Shown one piece after another: positions 16,512 to 27,042 of a stretch of DNA of 36,076 bases. The position numbers were made by a program, and so were the translations under genes. The DNA lies in the IMG/VR virus record IMGVR_UViG_3300049191_000029, positions 1-36,076 of that record; one strand, written 5' to 3'. Position 1 is the stretch's first letter. Each line of letters starts with the position of its first letter. The notes under the pieces are model-generated. The model saw only the letters and a program-made list of their open reading frames with translations, ran no database searches and was not told where the DNA came from. Source of the DNA: a virus. Its lineage: Duplodnaviria; Caudoviricetes.

Positions 16512-17831
16512 TTATGTATTGGCATAGCCATAAACGTAAATCTTGCCAGTGGCCTGGAAGTTGGCCCCAGTGTTCCAGAAGAGACGGAATCCGGAGACGG
16601 CACCGCCGTTGTAGCCGATAGCTTGGTCAATACCATCCCACGTGGTGGCGGCGACCCTGGTCGAATATGAAGACCAGTAGCCGCCTTTGATGGCACCTGT
16701 TCCCACATTGGTGTTTGCGATTTCGAACGTGCCGGTTGTGCCTGTACCTGCCGAATCGGTATTGTTATTAGCACCAAAAAATACGTCAGTTGGGGCGGCC
16801 GTTACTAGGCCGAGATAATTGCTAGCGGTGTCAACAACTCCTCCATTTGCAAAACGCATCCGAATAGCTGCCGCCGTAGCTGGCAATAGCCCCTCAAATA
16901 CGATTTTGTAGGCGTCGTATGTACTGGTGAAGACGTTGAGCGACTCCACATTAGCCGCCGCTGTCGGGGTCAGGGTAGCCAGCAGGACCAGTGCAGGTGG
17001 AGTGACAGCCAATGCCCGACCATTTGCACGGGTATAGGTGACCACTCGCGCTGCCGCTCCGTCACCGCGCACTTTGCATGAATCGCCCGCAGCGGTGACG
17101 ATGTTTGCGCCAGTCGGCAAGATCAGATTTGCGCCGTTTGTCAGGGTCAGAATTCCGTCAAACACCAATGTGCGCTCGGCACCTGACGGAATCGTGATCG
17201 CGGTAATCGTCGTGGTCCCCGTGATATGCACCAGGTTACCAGTGGCCGCCGTCAGGTTGATCGTAGCTGCCGATGGAATGTCCGCACCCTTGCGCTCATT
17301 CACTGCCACGCCAAAGGTATCCGTCCAGCTGGCATTGGTTCCGTCAGTGGTTAAAAATTTTCCCGCGTTACCTGCCTGGCCCGGCAGCGCCGCGCTGAAC
17401 GCCAGCTGGTCTGCGTAGCGCTTAGTGATCGATACCAGGCGGAAATCCGTCCCGTTGTAGAAGGCCGCATAGCGGGTGCCCGCCACCAGGTCGCCCGCCG
17501 CCAGTGCTGAACCGTCCACAGCCAGCAAAGGCGTAACGGCAATTCCCGAAATATTCAGCGTCGCTGCACCAGTATTGGTGATGGTCGGCGCGAACATGGC
17601 TAACATGCGCGTACCGTAGCTAGGCAAAGGCGTGGTAGGTGTCAGCGTGTAGGCGTTCACCACGCCGCCGTCCGTGCCGGAAACGACAACCGCACCGGGG
17701 AAGCCAAGGAAGCTGTTTTTGACGGTCGTTTTCAGCAGACGCAGGTGGTCATCCCCCTGGCTTTTCGGGTCTGTCCCTGGCGGATTAGCGGTTACCAGGT
17801 CATTGACGTAAGTGCCGGTCTCCAGGCCCAT
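16512..17831 (-). CDS. Tail fibre / receptor-binding protein
   Basis: N-terminal GDDHLRLLK anchor motif, LPGQAGNAGKFLTTDG..ASW fibre motif, Thr/Ala/Gly-rich. Confidence 0.8.
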   Translation of the reverse strand: MGLETGTYVNDLVTANPPGTDPKSQGDDHLRLLKTTVKNSFLGFPGAVVVSGTDGGVVNAYTLTPTTPLPSYGTRMLAMFAPTITNTGAATLNISGIAVTPLLAVDGSALAAGDLVAGTRYAAFYNGTDFRLVSITKRYADQLAFSAALPGQAGNAGKFLTTDGTNASWTDTFGVAVNERKGADIPSAATINLTAATGNLVHITGTTTITAITIPSGAERTLVFDGILTLTNGANLILPTGANIVTAAGDSCKVRGDGAAARVVTYTRANGRALAVTPPALVLLATLTPTAAANVESLNVFTSTYDAYKIVFEGLLPATAAAIRMRFANGGVVDTASNYLGLVTAAPTDVFFGANNNTDSAGTGTTGTFEIANTNVGTGAIKGGYWSSYSTRVAATTWDGIDQAIGYNGGAVSGFRLFWNTGANFQATGKIYVYGYANT

Positions 17832-17833
17832 AT

Positions 17834-18484
17834 TCAGTATCTCCAGCCACGGCGCGTACCGCTCGCAGCGTAAAGGCTTTGCGGAATCTCGGTGCGCAGC
17901 GGCGCAACGGTCTTGGAACGAGAAGCGTCGGTGGCCACCTCGCGCAGCAATCGGTCAAACATCGCCTGCCACATAGGTAGGCGCTGGTCGTCCATGACGT
18001 ACGGGGCCGATTGCGCCAGTGCGCCGTACAGGTACAAGTCGGGTGCGCGTGCGAACACAGCGTTCGTCGGGTTGGCGTTGGACAAATATACCGTTTTCCA
18101 ATACCGGAAACGCAGCGGGTAGGCCGCGTCCGCGTTTTTCTCGAAAGCGATATTGGCACCGTCGATGGCCCAATAGACGGGCAGCCCCTGCTCGTCATCG
18201 TTGATGCGCAGCTGCTCGACCAGTGCCGAAGTAAAGTCGTAGCGCGGTTCGATATGTACCGATTGAAGCGACACGGGCGAGCCGTAGTCTGCCGGCAGCG
18301 CAACGAAGCGCGAGCCGATATCGGCTACCAGGTTGGTTTCGACCTCGACAGGGAAGATATGCAGTCGCCGATTGATGATGTTCTCGGCATTTTGGATAAA
18401 CACAGGCACCTTTGCCGAAAGATCGGACCGGTGCAACCAGTCGATCACTTCGGACTGCAATTCGGCGTAGGTGGCGAGCGTCAT
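17834..18484 (-). CDS. Head-tail adaptor protein
   Basis: TYAELQ..V.DWLHRSDL...FI..AE..INR and PDLYLYGAL motifs; synteny. Confidence 0.75.
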   Translation of the reverse strand: MTLATYAELQSEVIDWLHRSDLSAKVPVFIQNAENIINRRLHIFPVEVETNLVADIGSRFVALPADYGSPVSLQSVHIEPRYDFTSALVEQLRINDDEQGLPVYWAIDGANIAFEKNADAAYPLRFRYWKTVYLSNANPTNAVFARAPDLYLYGALAQSAPYVMDDQRLPMWQAMFDRLLREVATDASRSKTVAPLRTEIPQSLYAASGTRRGWRY

Positions 18485-18667
18485 TTACTTAGCCTTTTTC
18501 TTCGCTGCAGGCGCGGGTTCACCGGTCAGCTCTTGCTCTGTGCGGTCTGCGTCTTCAACGTGATCGAGGTATCCCTCGGCGCGGGCGGTTTCTTCTTCGG
18601 CAGCGTCCATTGCCACGCGACAATTGCCGCGCAGGTACAACGCTTTCGGGTGTTCTTGGAATTCCAT
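18485..18667 (-). CDS. Small hypothetical protein
   Basis: AGGAG RBS; QEHPKALY motif; basic tail. Confidence 0.7.
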   Translation of the reverse strand: MEFQEHPKALYLRGNCRVAMDAAEEETARAEGYLDHVEDADRTEQELTGEPAPAAKKKAK

Positions 18668-18681
18668 CTGGATTGCTCCTG

Positions 18682-18704
18682 AAAAGACCGCCCCGAAGGG
18701 CGAT
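18682..18704 (-). terminator. Terminator after the capsid/decoration genes
   Basis: Minus strand ATCGCCC-TTCG-GGGCGGT-CTTTT. Confidence 0.75.
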
Positions 18705-18710
18705 CATTGG

Positions 18711-19037
18711 TTACGCGCTTGCGAAGCCCGCGAAAGTCGCCTCTGGACGCACCAGGGTGATCAGGTAGGTCTCGCCAGCAGTCGGCGTGATGCCGGCACC
18801 AGTATTGTTCGAGAATGTAATGGCGACGGTATTCGCAGCCGACACCCGGGCGTTGACGATGCCCAGGCCCGCCTGCGCGGTCGGTTTCGACACGCCCGAG
18901 ACGACGTCGCCAGCGATGACGCCCGGGACGGTGAAGGTTTGTTCTGCCGTGGTATTCGCAGCGACCAGTGCCGGGGAAAGCGGCACGGCCGCCACGCCCA
19001 AGGCCCGGACGTTGCCGGTGATGATGCCTGCGGACAT
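18711..19037 (-). CDS. Probable capsid decoration protein
   Basis: 108 aa, beta-rich; directly after the major capsid gene; AAGGAG RBS. Confidence 0.55.
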   Translation of the reverse strand: MSAGIITGNVRALGVAAVPLSPALVAANTTAEQTFTVPGVIAGDVVSGVSKPTAQAGLGIVNARVSAANTVAITFSNNTGAGITPTAGETYLITLVRPEATFAGFASA

Positions 19038-19049
19038 GGCGGTTTCTCC

Positions 19050-20246
19050 TTAGTTGGACAGGATGCGAGCGGCCAGCTGGGCGCGCAAGGTCTTGTAGCC
19101 GTACAGGACGTCGATACGAGCCGGGAACTGGTCGTTGGCGATGGTGTACTGTCGGATCATGCGCATGCTGATACCTTCGAAGGTTTCGCGGGCTTTCCAG
19201 TCCACGCCGTCAGGCATGATCAGGTCGGCAGTGGCGAAAGCGAAGGCGTCCTTGTGGAAGGCCAGGGAAGGCTTGTACACCGCCGACGCGCCGCCCACTT
19301 TGACGATTGCCGCACCGTTCGGCATACCGCCGGCGGTGACGTTCTGGCGACCGGTGGTGGTGTAGATGGCTGGTGCGAAGTTCAGCGTGCCCGCGCCGCC
19401 GGCATAATCCGCCGTGACGACGAACTGTTGCAGTACACCAGTGTCGACTTTGGTTTCCGGGTGCACGCGGTTGCAACCGGCCACGGTGAACACGTCGCCC
19501 TTCTTGAAGGTCGTTGCGCCAGCGGCCACCACAACAGAGGTCGAGCCGTTGGTGGTCACCGCGCCGTTAACGGTGTAGCCGGTTGCCGAAACAGCAGTGC
19601 CCGTGGTCTGCGACGCCAACAGGGTGTTTTCGTAGATATCGCCGAAGCCCGCAGTGCGGCCAACCATACCGGTGCGGTATTGTTTGGCGATCTCACCCGA
19701 ATCCTGGAACAGGCCTTTCAGCGCGTCCACCAGGTCGAGATTGTCCTGGGTGTTCAACAGCAACGTGCGGTCGTCGGTCGGCGACAAAGCATCGGTCAGC
19801 AGCTTACGGCCCTGCAGCGCCGCACGCATGGTCATCGGGTTGCCAAGGTTATTGACGGCTTGGTAGACGTCCAACGCCATCGACAGGGCGTCGGCTTCGA
19901 TGTTCGCAGCCAGCACGCTCACCGCCGGAGCGATAATGCGCTTGCTGAAGTCGTCCAGGCTCAGGGTCAGGTCGACAGCGGTAAAGCTCAAATCGACGCC
20001 CTTCTGAGTCGCGACTTGCAGGGTTACGGACTGCTCGACGGTGTCCTGGGCCGCCATAGTGGCACCGTTACGAACCACGTACTCGTTCGGCAGACGGATG
20101 CGCAGCGAATCGCCGATCTTGGCGCCGGTCTTGGCGAAGGAATCGTCGTACTGGCGGTTGATCGAACCGATGAAGTTCAGTTTTTGGTGCAGGATGCGCA
20201 GCGCTTCGCGCGTGATCATCTGCGGTGTCAGCAAGGTATTTGGCAT
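19050..20246 (-). CDS. Major capsid protein (P22 coat protein family)
   Basis: NTLLT..MITREAL..L, KIGDSLRIRLP, RIDVLYG; follows the scaffold gene. Confidence 0.9.
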   Translation of the reverse strand: MPNTLLTPQMITREALRILHQKLNFIGSINRQYDDSFAKTGAKIGDSLRIRLPNEYVVRNGATMAAQDTVEQSVTLQVATQKGVDLSFTAVDLTLSLDDFSKRIIAPAVSVLAANIEADALSMALDVYQAVNNLGNPMTMRAALQGRKLLTDALSPTDDRTLLLNTQDNLDLVDALKGLFQDSGEIAKQYRTGMVGRTAGFGDIYENTLLASQTTGTAVSATGYTVNGAVTTNGSTSVVVAAGATTFKKGDVFTVAGCNRVHPETKVDTGVLQQFVVTADYAGGAGTLNFAPAIYTTTGRQNVTAGGMPNGAAIVKVGGASAVYKPSLAFHKDAFAFATADLIMPDGVDWKARETFEGISMRMIRQYTIANDQFPARIDVLYGYKTLRAQLAARILSN

Positions 20247-20263
20247 TTCAGACCTCTTTCAGG

Positions 20264-21142
20264 TTAGCGTTTCTTATGAAGTTGTGAATTCCGGTGTGCC
20301 ATCCATTCCGCAGTCGACATCTTGTTAGGGTCGCGCTGCGTGCCGGTGCGGGCTGCAGTAATCTGCGTGGCCGGCTTGATCGGCGCCGCTGCGGCGGCGG
20401 GTTTGGCACTGCGTTTCTTTTCCAGCTGGTCGTAAAGTTCGGCCTTATGCATGAATTTGAGCAGCTGGGGATGTTTCACCGCCAGGGCGCCAATTTCTTG
20501 TGCGTTCATGCCGTTCGATACTGCGTACTGAGCGAGCGCAACATCGCGACCGCCGGACCAACCGGGGATTTCACGCGCTACATAAGCCTGTGCTTCCTGT
20601 ACTCGCTTGGCAGTTTCCTGCTGCTCGTTCAGAGCAAATTGCTGCTGTTTCTGCGTGACTGCTTCTGCTGCTTTGACGCGCAGGCCTTCCAGCTCGCGTC
20701 GTTTTACTTCCAGTTTTTGGGCCAGCGCCGGGTCTTGATCGATCAGGGCGGCCCAGTCCACCTTCCCGTACTCTTCCAGTTGCTGGTCGATAGCGACCAC
20801 CTTGGCGTACTCGTTCAGGTAGGCTTGATGGCCTTCGCGCGTCTTCTGGGTTTCCACCTCGAAGCTTTTGCGCTGTTCGGCCAGGTCTTGCGTTTTGCGG
20901 GTGTAATCCGCCTGCATCATGCGCTCGGCCTTCAACTTCTCGGCTGCGCTTTTTGGGAGGGCGAATTTCTTGCCGTCGACCTCGATTTCGTCCTGTTCTT
21001 CCTCTTCGCCGGTTTGCTCTTCCGAGTCCAGGTCAGCGTCGTTCAGGTTTTCATCTTGGCCTTCTGCGGCTTGGGACAGGTCTTCCGAAGCCGCATTATC
21101 TGCAACGTCGGAATCCTGTGAGGCAGGTTGTTCCACGAACAT
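20264..21142 (-). CDS. Scaffolding protein
   Basis: Acidic N-terminus, QADYTRKTQ motif, coiled coil; upstream of the capsid gene. Confidence 0.85.
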   Translation of the reverse strand: MFVEQPASQDSDVADNAASEDLSQAAEGQDENLNDADLDSEEQTGEEEEQDEIEVDGKKFALPKSAAEKLKAERMMQADYTRKTQDLAEQRKSFEVETQKTREGHQAYLNEYAKVVAIDQQLEEYGKVDWAALIDQDPALAQKLEVKRRELEGLRVKAAEAVTQKQQQFALNEQQETAKRVQEAQAYVAREIPGWSGGRDVALAQYAVSNGMNAQEIGALAVKHPQLLKFMHKAELYDQLEKKRSAKPAAAAAPIKPATQITAARTGTQRDPNKMSTAEWMAHRNSQLHKKR

Positions 21143-21182
21143 AGTTCTAGTTCCTTATGTTATGCCATTGCTGGCGAAAAAG

Positions 21183-22064
21183 CTACGGCTGCGTAGACTG
21201 GTCCACCGCCGTAGTAACCGACAAACCCGAGCCGCCCGTTTGCCGCACGGCGAAATACCAGCCTGCTGGCAGGAAAACGGGAATTGTGCTGGCAATGCCC
21301 TGAGTAAGGGCCAAGCCGATTGTGAGCGTGCCGCTGTTCTGGTTGCGATATGTGGCTATTTGCGTGCCGCCGCCAGAAGCCACGGTATTGGTCGAACCAA
21401 TACGCACCTCCCCCGTGCAGTTCGTGCCGCCAGTCAGGGACAAAGTAGCGTCACAGTTCAGCGTCAGGGTGACGAAGGCCGCTTTCGTATTTGTGGTGGC
21501 CTGGTAGGCCGTGGCCAAGGCAATGCTACGGCCAGTCGGCGAGCCGAAGTCAGAGATACCCGCTGGTCCTTGTGCACCGGTGGCGCCCGTACTGCCTGCC
21601 GCGCCGGTTGCACCGGTCGGTCCTGGGTCGCCTTGCGGCCCCTGTGCACCGGTCGGGCCTTGGATACCCTGCGCACCGGCTGGCCCGGTCGACCCGGTTG
21701 CACCGGTCGGTCCGATATCACCCTGTGGTCCCATTGGTCCTTGTGCGCCGGTCGCGCCGGTAGAACCGGCCACGCCCTGAGGGCCTTGAGGGCCGGTTGG
21801 TCCCTGCGGGCCAGTCGTCACCGGTACGTCCAGCACGCCGCCGGACAGCGTGAAGGCAGAACCCAGCACCAGGCATGTCGGAACTGCGCCCGCACTGGTG
21901 GACGGCATCGACACCAAGCAGTCCACCGAGCTGTTTGGCGCAACGAAGCGCGATACGTAGCCGGTGTTGGCCGAATTGCGCTGGTCAAGGCGCAGGACAT
22001 AGGCCGATTGCGCGCTGGCAGCGCCAGCAGCGAGCATCAAGACCAGGGCGAGCAATTTACGCAT
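21183..22064 (-). CDS. Collagen-like (Gly-X-Y)29 protein with a predicted signal peptide
   Basis: 29 uninterrupted G-X-Y triplets (GPQ/GPT/GAT); N-terminus [19 protein letters not shown]. Confidence 0.85.
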   Translation of the reverse strand: MRKLLALVLMLAAGAASAQSAYVLRLDQRNSANTGYVSRFVAPNSSVDCLVSMPSTSAGAVPTCLVLGSAFTLSGGVLDVPVTTGPQGPTGPQGPQGVAGSTGATGAQGPMGPQGDIGPTGATGSTGPAGAQGIQGPTGAQGPQGDPGPTGATGAAGSTGATGAQGPAGISDFGSPTGRSIALATAYQATTNTKAAFVTLTLNCDATLSLTGGTNCTGEVRIGSTNTVASGGGTQIATYRNQNSGTLTIGLALTQGIASTIPVFLPAGWYFAVRQTGGSGLSVTTAVDQSTQP

Positions 22065-22072
22065 AGAGGTTC

Positions 22073-24142
22073 CTATTGGATCGGTAAATCGGGTGCGGCC
22101 TGTGGCGCAGTTTGGGCCGGCGTCAGCACCTGCTGCAACGTCTGGATCACCAGCATCTGGATTTCGGCCGGCCCCATGGCCGGCGCGGTGACCTTGAGAC
22201 GATTAGTCTCGGCGTTGTACTCGTCGATCTGCACCTTGCGCGCGTCAATCTGGTTCTTTTGCACGTCGATAGCGTTGTCCTGCTGCGCCTGTGCCAGCTG
22301 TTGCTGGAGTTGCTGGATAACGCCCTGCATCTGTTGCATTTGTTGCTGCATCGCAGCCGCTTGCGGGTCTTGGCCGCCGTCTTGCAGATTCGGCGGAAGC
22401 GCCTTGCGCATGCGCGCGGCGATTTCGTCGGCGCCTGGCCAGTCAAGGTTCTTGGCCAGCAGATCACCTATCAACGGCGCGCTCGACGGGTTGGCCCGGA
22501 TGAACTCGATCATCTGGTTGGCGGCTTCCTCACGACGGGTGTTGTAGGACGGCCCGGTTTCGCAGGTGACGTCGTATTTGCCTACCGTCAGGTCGTAGAC
22601 TTGCGCCAAACCCTTCATCTGCTCTTGAGCGTGCAGTTGCTCAGGGGTTGGTTGCGGACCTTGGGCGCCGTTCACCGGCACCATGATGTTGCTACCGTCG
22701 TCCTGGATTACGCGCAGGATGCGCGGCACGTTGTACACCTTAGGGATCAGGTCGCACAGGATGCGACCAGCGTGGCGCACGGCACGTGCCAGGTTGTCGG
22801 TGAAGTTGAAGGTGGAGATATCGCCTTCGCGCTGACGGGCCAGAATGGCGCGACCGCTGGTTTCGTTGGAGCGGGCGCCCAGCGATGCGTCGTAAAGCCC
22901 CATGATGGACTTCATATCATCAGCGGCGTTCATTGCCTCTTGCAGTGCGCCGGCTGGTGGCCCCGCGAATGGCTGGCGCTGGGGCGGCGGCGCGAGTGTG
23001 CCGTTCACGTCCACCGCGTCGTACTCGATAAAGGCGTGGGAAGTCGTGTTTGCGGTCTGCCATTTGTTCGTGTCCGTGGCAAATTGGCCGACTGCGCCGA
23101 TGAATGGGGTTTTCGGCGCCAGAGCTACCAGCTCGGTGCTGGCCGTACGCCAGAAGTTGAACATCTGCTGCGGGTCTTTGGCGAAGCGCACCATGGACAA
23201 CAGGTGGCGCTTGCCGTCAACGATGACCTCTTCACCGTACACCGGGATGATCGGGATGTACTCGCCTGGCCAGTCATTCGTTTCCAGAATCTCGGCGCCG
23301 GACATGACGTACTGCGTAACCTTCTTGCTGCGGGTTTCGCGTTCGCCCGTGATGGTGATTTGCTCGACTTCGAACAGGTCTTTCGCCAGCTCGTATTCCT
23401 CCGGCGAAATGATCATGCCGTTGGAGAGCTGCAGCAGCTTGGTCATTTCGTCGCGGCGGCGCCACCATTCGGCAACGCGCACCTCGTCATCGGTGAACCA
23501 CTCGTTCATGTCGTGCGAATCGGCCTGGAAGTCGACCATTTCGGCCTTCGGCCAGCGCCGCTTGAATTCGTCCTTCGGCAGCAGCTCGGTGACGAAGCAT
23601 TCATTCCAGTCCGACGAATCGGAGCAGGTCGAAACTGGATCGCCGTAGACGGTCAGGGGGTTCTTGATCGCGTCGATACGTATATCGAGGTCGAAGCTGT
23701 CGTTGGTGGCGTAGTCGATGCTAACGCGGAAGTAGCCAAAGCCGCCAGTTACCGCATTCTCCAGCGCGTTATCGTAGGCAACGTCCGCATCGCTGGTGTA
23801 TTCGATGTTGCGCGCTAGGCCGTCGAGAATCTTGGCCGTTGCCTCGTCGGCGCCATCGCCGACAGGATGGAATTTGATCGCAGGGGTGTTCTGGCGCGCG
23901 TCGTTGGTGACTTGGCGAATGAAGGCAGGCAGCCGGTTCAGGGTCAGGCAGGGGCGTCCTTCGCGCTCGCGCTGCTGGCGGATTTCCTCTGGCCATTGTT
24001 CGCCCAGGCGTGCGAAGCGGACGTCATCGACCCAGTTATTGCGGTTGTCGCTCTCGCGCTCTTGGCAGCGAGCGAAGCACTTGCGCCCCTCGATCAGAAG
24101 GTCATCGCTTTTTTCTTCGCCGGTTTCCGAATCGTAGGGCAT
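22073..24142 (-). CDS. Portal protein (P22 gp1-like)
   Basis: [24 protein letters not shown], Gln-rich C-terminal helix; start MPYDSE at 24142 with AAGGA RBS. Confidence 0.9.
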   Translation of the reverse strand: MPYDSETGEEKSDDLLIEGRKCFARCQERESDNRNNWVDDVRFARLGEQWPEEIRQQREREGRPCLTLNRLPAFIRQVTNDARQNTPAIKFHPVGDGADEATAKILDGLARNIEYTSDADVAYDNALENAVTGGFGYFRVSIDYATNDSFDLDIRIDAIKNPLTVYGDPVSTCSDSSDWNECFVTELLPKDEFKRRWPKAEMVDFQADSHDMNEWFTDDEVRVAEWWRRRDEMTKLLQLSNGMIISPEEYELAKDLFEVEQITITGERETRSKKVTQYVMSGAEILETNDWPGEYIPIIPVYGEEVIVDGKRHLLSMVRFAKDPQQMFNFWRTASTELVALAPKTPFIGAVGQFATDTNKWQTANTTSHAFIEYDAVDVNGTLAPPPQRQPFAGPPAGALQEAMNAADDMKSIMGLYDASLGARSNETSGRAILARQREGDISTFNFTDNLARAVRHAGRILCDLIPKVYNVPRILRVIQDDGSNIMVPVNGAQGPQPTPEQLHAQEQMKGLAQVYDLTVGKYDVTCETGPSYNTRREEAANQMIEFIRANPSSAPLIGDLLAKNLDWPGADEIAARMRKALPPNLQDGGQDPQAAAMQQQMQQMQGVIQQLQQQLAQAQQDNAIDVQKNQIDARKVQIDEYNAETNRLKVTAPAMGPAEIQMLVIQTLQQVLTPAQTAPQAAPDLPIQ

Positions 24143-24225
24143 TTCGTCCTTGCCGCCTGTTGTGGCTGTACAAGTGCGAATCCTACGGTACAAGCAAGAA
24201 GATTACAAACAAGCAACAAGTTGTA

Positions 24226-25599
24226 TTAGCCGAGCCATCCGCCAGAAGTCGCCGCGCGTGCTGGCGCTGGTTTGCGCGCAGGTGCTGGCGGCTTGGTCAT
24301 GGCCGGGAACAATTCGGCCAAGGCCCAGATCAGCGCGTCGGCGCGGTTCGGTGATTTCGGCCCGGTGAAGCCGCTGGTGCTGAACGCACACAGCTCGTCC
24401 TCCAGCTTGGCGTGCACGCCGACATGGCGCACCTTGCCCTGCTCGTAGAGCGCGGAAAACGGCTCGGCGCGCTGCACCTTGCCCCGGCTGGCGGTGACCA
24501 TCTTGAAATTGACCTTCGTCGCGGCCTTGGACGCGGCGGCCTGCACCACGGCCTTGACCATGCCGCCGCCGAAGTTGGTCTCACCCACCAACACATCGGC
24601 CTGGTGGCGCTGGTATGCATTCACCGACAGATTGCCCCAAGTGGCGGGGCCGGCCTGCAACGTCAAGTCCTCCAGCACGTAGGCGAGGCCGTCCGTGCCG
24701 AGGGCAGCGACCACAAGGCCGACTTCGTCGTTGTCCGGGTTCGGATTGTCGTCATCCGCGCCGGATGGATCGACCGCCACCACAACGCGCACGAAGTCGG
24801 GCAGCCTGTCGCTGCCGTCCACGCGCCACTTGTCGATGATCGCTTCATCGAACAGCGCGTTCGGTGTGGCGTCGGAGAACTCGCCGTCACGGAAGCGTCG
24901 CTTCATGCGCTCGGACAGGCCTTCCAGTGTGTTCAGGTACTCCGGCGACAAGTTCTCAACGTTGTCCTTCGGGTTCATCTGGAAAGACACGTAGTTGTCG
25001 CCGTTTTGCAACGCGTCACCAGTCTCCGGGTCGCACTTCTGCTTGAACACCTTGAATGTCCAGTGCGCTTTGGTCGGGGGGTTGCAGTCGAAGTAGAAGC
25101 GCAGTTTCAGCGGCTCGGGCGCACGGCCTGGGATGATTTGCATGACCAGTTGCGCCAGGCGGGTCAGCAACATTTGCACGCCATTCCAGCCTACTTGCGA
25201 TGCCTCGTTCAAGTAGATCGTGACGAACTCCATGCCAAGAATCTTCTCCATGCGCGGGCCGTCGTCCAGACCACCAAACCAGATTTGCGAGTTTCCAGGC
25301 AGCGTGGCGTAACCGTCGGCCAGGTTCATGCGCCAGTGCGTATCCTTCACCAGCTGCGGGAAACACTTCTCCATGACCTTCGGGAAAGTGTCGAGGATGA
25401 TGGAGGATTTGACGTGGTTGTAGCGGAAGCGCACCACCAGGTGGCGAGAGCCGGGTGCTTTTAGTGCGCGGGTGACGATGTTGCGGATCACCAGGAAGGT
25501 TTTGCCGCTGCGGCCGCCGCCGAACAGCATGCACCAGATTGCGGCGCCGGCCAGGATGACTTGGGCGGCCTTTTGTTTTGCGGTGAGAGTAAAGGCCAT
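24226..25599 (-). CDS. terL: Terminase large subunit
   Basis: GGGRSGKT Walker A, IYLNEA Walker B, DCNP, VAVDP nuclease motif, SPNRADA. Confidence 0.95.
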   Translation of the reverse strand: MAFTLTAKQKAAQVILAGAAIWCMLFGGGRSGKTFLVIRNIVTRALKAPGSRHLVVRFRYNHVKSSIILDTFPKVMEKCFPQLVKDTHWRMNLADGYATLPGNSQIWFGGLDDGPRMEKILGMEFVTIYLNEASQVGWNGVQMLLTRLAQLVMQIIPGRAPEPLKLRFYFDCNPPTKAHWTFKVFKQKCDPETGDALQNGDNYVSFQMNPKDNVENLSPEYLNTLEGLSERMKRRFRDGEFSDATPNALFDEAIIDKWRVDGSDRLPDFVRVVVAVDPSGADDDNPNPDNDEVGLVVAALGTDGLAYVLEDLTLQAGPATWGNLSVNAYQRHQADVLVGETNFGGGMVKAVVQAAASKAATKVNFKMVTASRGKVQRAEPFSALYEQGKVRHVGVHAKLEDELCAFSTSGFTGPKSPNRADALIWALAELFPAMTKPPAPARKPAPARAATSGGWLG

Positions 25600-25796
25600 C
25601 AGCGGATACGGTGCAGCGAGGTCGCGTAGCGCTCCCCGTTGCGTATTTCGAACTGCTTGCCGGTCTGTGCGCTGTGCGTCATCGCGGCTTCGTAGACGGC
25701 TTTGCCTTCATGGTTCAGGTCCCAACGAATGGCGGGTAGCTCCATGCTGTCGCCGACGTCCAGGGCGGCCAGTTTGATCAAGTTTTCGCGTTGCAT
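25599..25796 (-). CDS. Hypothetical protein
   Basis: GGAGG RBS before ATG 25796; coupled to terL. Confidence 0.6.
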   Translation of the reverse strand: MQRENLIKLAALDVGDSMELPAIRWDLNHEGKAVYEAAMTHSAQTGKQFEIRNGERYATSLHRIR

Positions 25797-25804
25797 ATTG
25801 CCTC

Positions 25805-26011
25805 CTACCCCAAGGCCCATTGCTTCGCCTTCTCCAGCAGGAAAACGGCTTGCTCTCGGGTCATGCGGGATGATCGAACGATGAAAGCGCCATCAACGTC
25901 CCAACCTACAACGACCAAATCGCTCGCTTCGGGGAAATCGCGAGCTGTGGCATGCAATGCCTGTTCTGGTGTGTAGGTCGTGGTGGCCGGCAGATCGCGG
26001 ATGATGCCCAT
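25805..26011 (-). CDS. Hypothetical protein
   Basis: 68-aa ORF in the operon direction. Confidence 0.65.
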   Translation of the reverse strand: MGIIRDLPATTTYTPEQALHATARDFPEASDLVVVGWDVDGAFIVRSSRMTREQAVFLLEKAKQWALG

Positions 26012-26171
26012 GTTGGTCTTTCAGGACGTTGCCCCCGGCGCCTCGCATAAGGCTGCGTACTCGTTGGTTGGAGTGGCTAGGGTCGTGATACATGGTTTGC
26101 AGCGGGGCCAAGCCGCTGCGACGCCGAGGCAACGAGGCCCCACTATGCCACAATTACGGCGATTGTACAAC

Positions 26172-26978
26172 TCAGTCATTGCGCCGGAAGAGCAGGCCCT
26201 CCCACGAACCCGACAAAATGATGCCGGCGGCGCTGGTGTAGCTTGCGCGCATCTGAAAGTCAAACTTTTCTGCGACAGGGATAGGCGTCTTCGGGTCCAG
26301 GTTCTTGCTCGAACCGTTGTCGGTGCAGGTGAGGGCGCGCGGCATCCGCACCGGGCCGTTGTTCGGCGCACCGAAGTACAGCAACGCATCGGCGCCCTTC
26401 ACCGTGCCACCTCCGCCGCCAGCGGACGAGTTTATTTGCAAATCGAGATCGACAATCAGCAACGTGTGGCCCGCCGGAACCGTGTATTGCGATTGCTTCG
26501 ACATGGCGGGTGTCTGGTCGCTGATGGCACCTACTGGCAGCAGGGCGCGAACCGTTCCGCCGCCAGCGTCACGGACGGTGATCTGGCCCTCATTGCGGCG
26601 CGATGTGCCGTTCGAGGTAACGGTGATCAGGTTGATGCGCAGGAACTGACGGCTAACGGCGACTGGCGTCACGCCGTTGAGCGTTACCAGCACCGAAATT
26701 TCGTTGTAATCGGTGTCCAGGCCGGTAATCGTGATCGTCCGGGCGCCGGAGCCGGCCGCAGTATCGTTTGCGCTGGCAGAGAGGACTTCCAAGCTCGTCG
26801 CGGCAGCCAGCCAGGGGTAAATGCCGGCGCCCGTCCAAATGTCGTTTGTAGCCACGCCAGAGCCCGCGATGGTGACTTGGCCAAGGCCGGTGATGCGACG
26901 AATGAATTGCCCGTACGTGCCGAGCGACGCATCGGTGGCGATGCCTGCAGGGCTTCCAATGCGTGAGTATCCAGCCAT
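26172..26978 (-). CDS. Uncharacterised beta-rich phage protein, 268 aa
   Basis: GGAGG RBS before MAGYSRIG (26978); SASANDTAAGSGARTITITGLD segment. Confidence 0.75.
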   Translation of the reverse strand: MAGYSRIGSPAGIATDASLGTYGQFIRRITGLGQVTIAGSGVATNDIWTGAGIYPWLAAATSLEVLSASANDTAAGSGARTITITGLDTDYNEISVLVTLNGVTPVAVSRQFLRINLITVTSNGTSRRNEGQITVRDAGGGTVRALLPVGAISDQTPAMSKQSQYTVPAGHTLLIVDLDLQINSSAGGGGGTVKGADALLYFGAPNNGPVRMPRALTCTDNGSSKNLDPKTPIPVAEKFDFQMRASYTSAAGIILSGSWEGLLFRRND

Positions 26979-27042
26979 GATGACCTCCGTTCGATACCGG
27001 GAGCCTATGCTGATGTTGTTGAGTTGACAAACAAGGGAATTG

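Noticed and set aside
16512-17831. Tail fibre as a third DGR target
   Set aside because: No match to TR or to the (G/C)14 tract seen on either strand, and no RARAVR-type C-terminus.
15158-25464. Long plus-strand ORFs opposite the structural genes (e.g. 15158-16486, 18624-20267, 20919-22547, 22112-23818)
   Set aside because: Antisense shadows expected in GC-rich coding DNA; no motifs or RBS.
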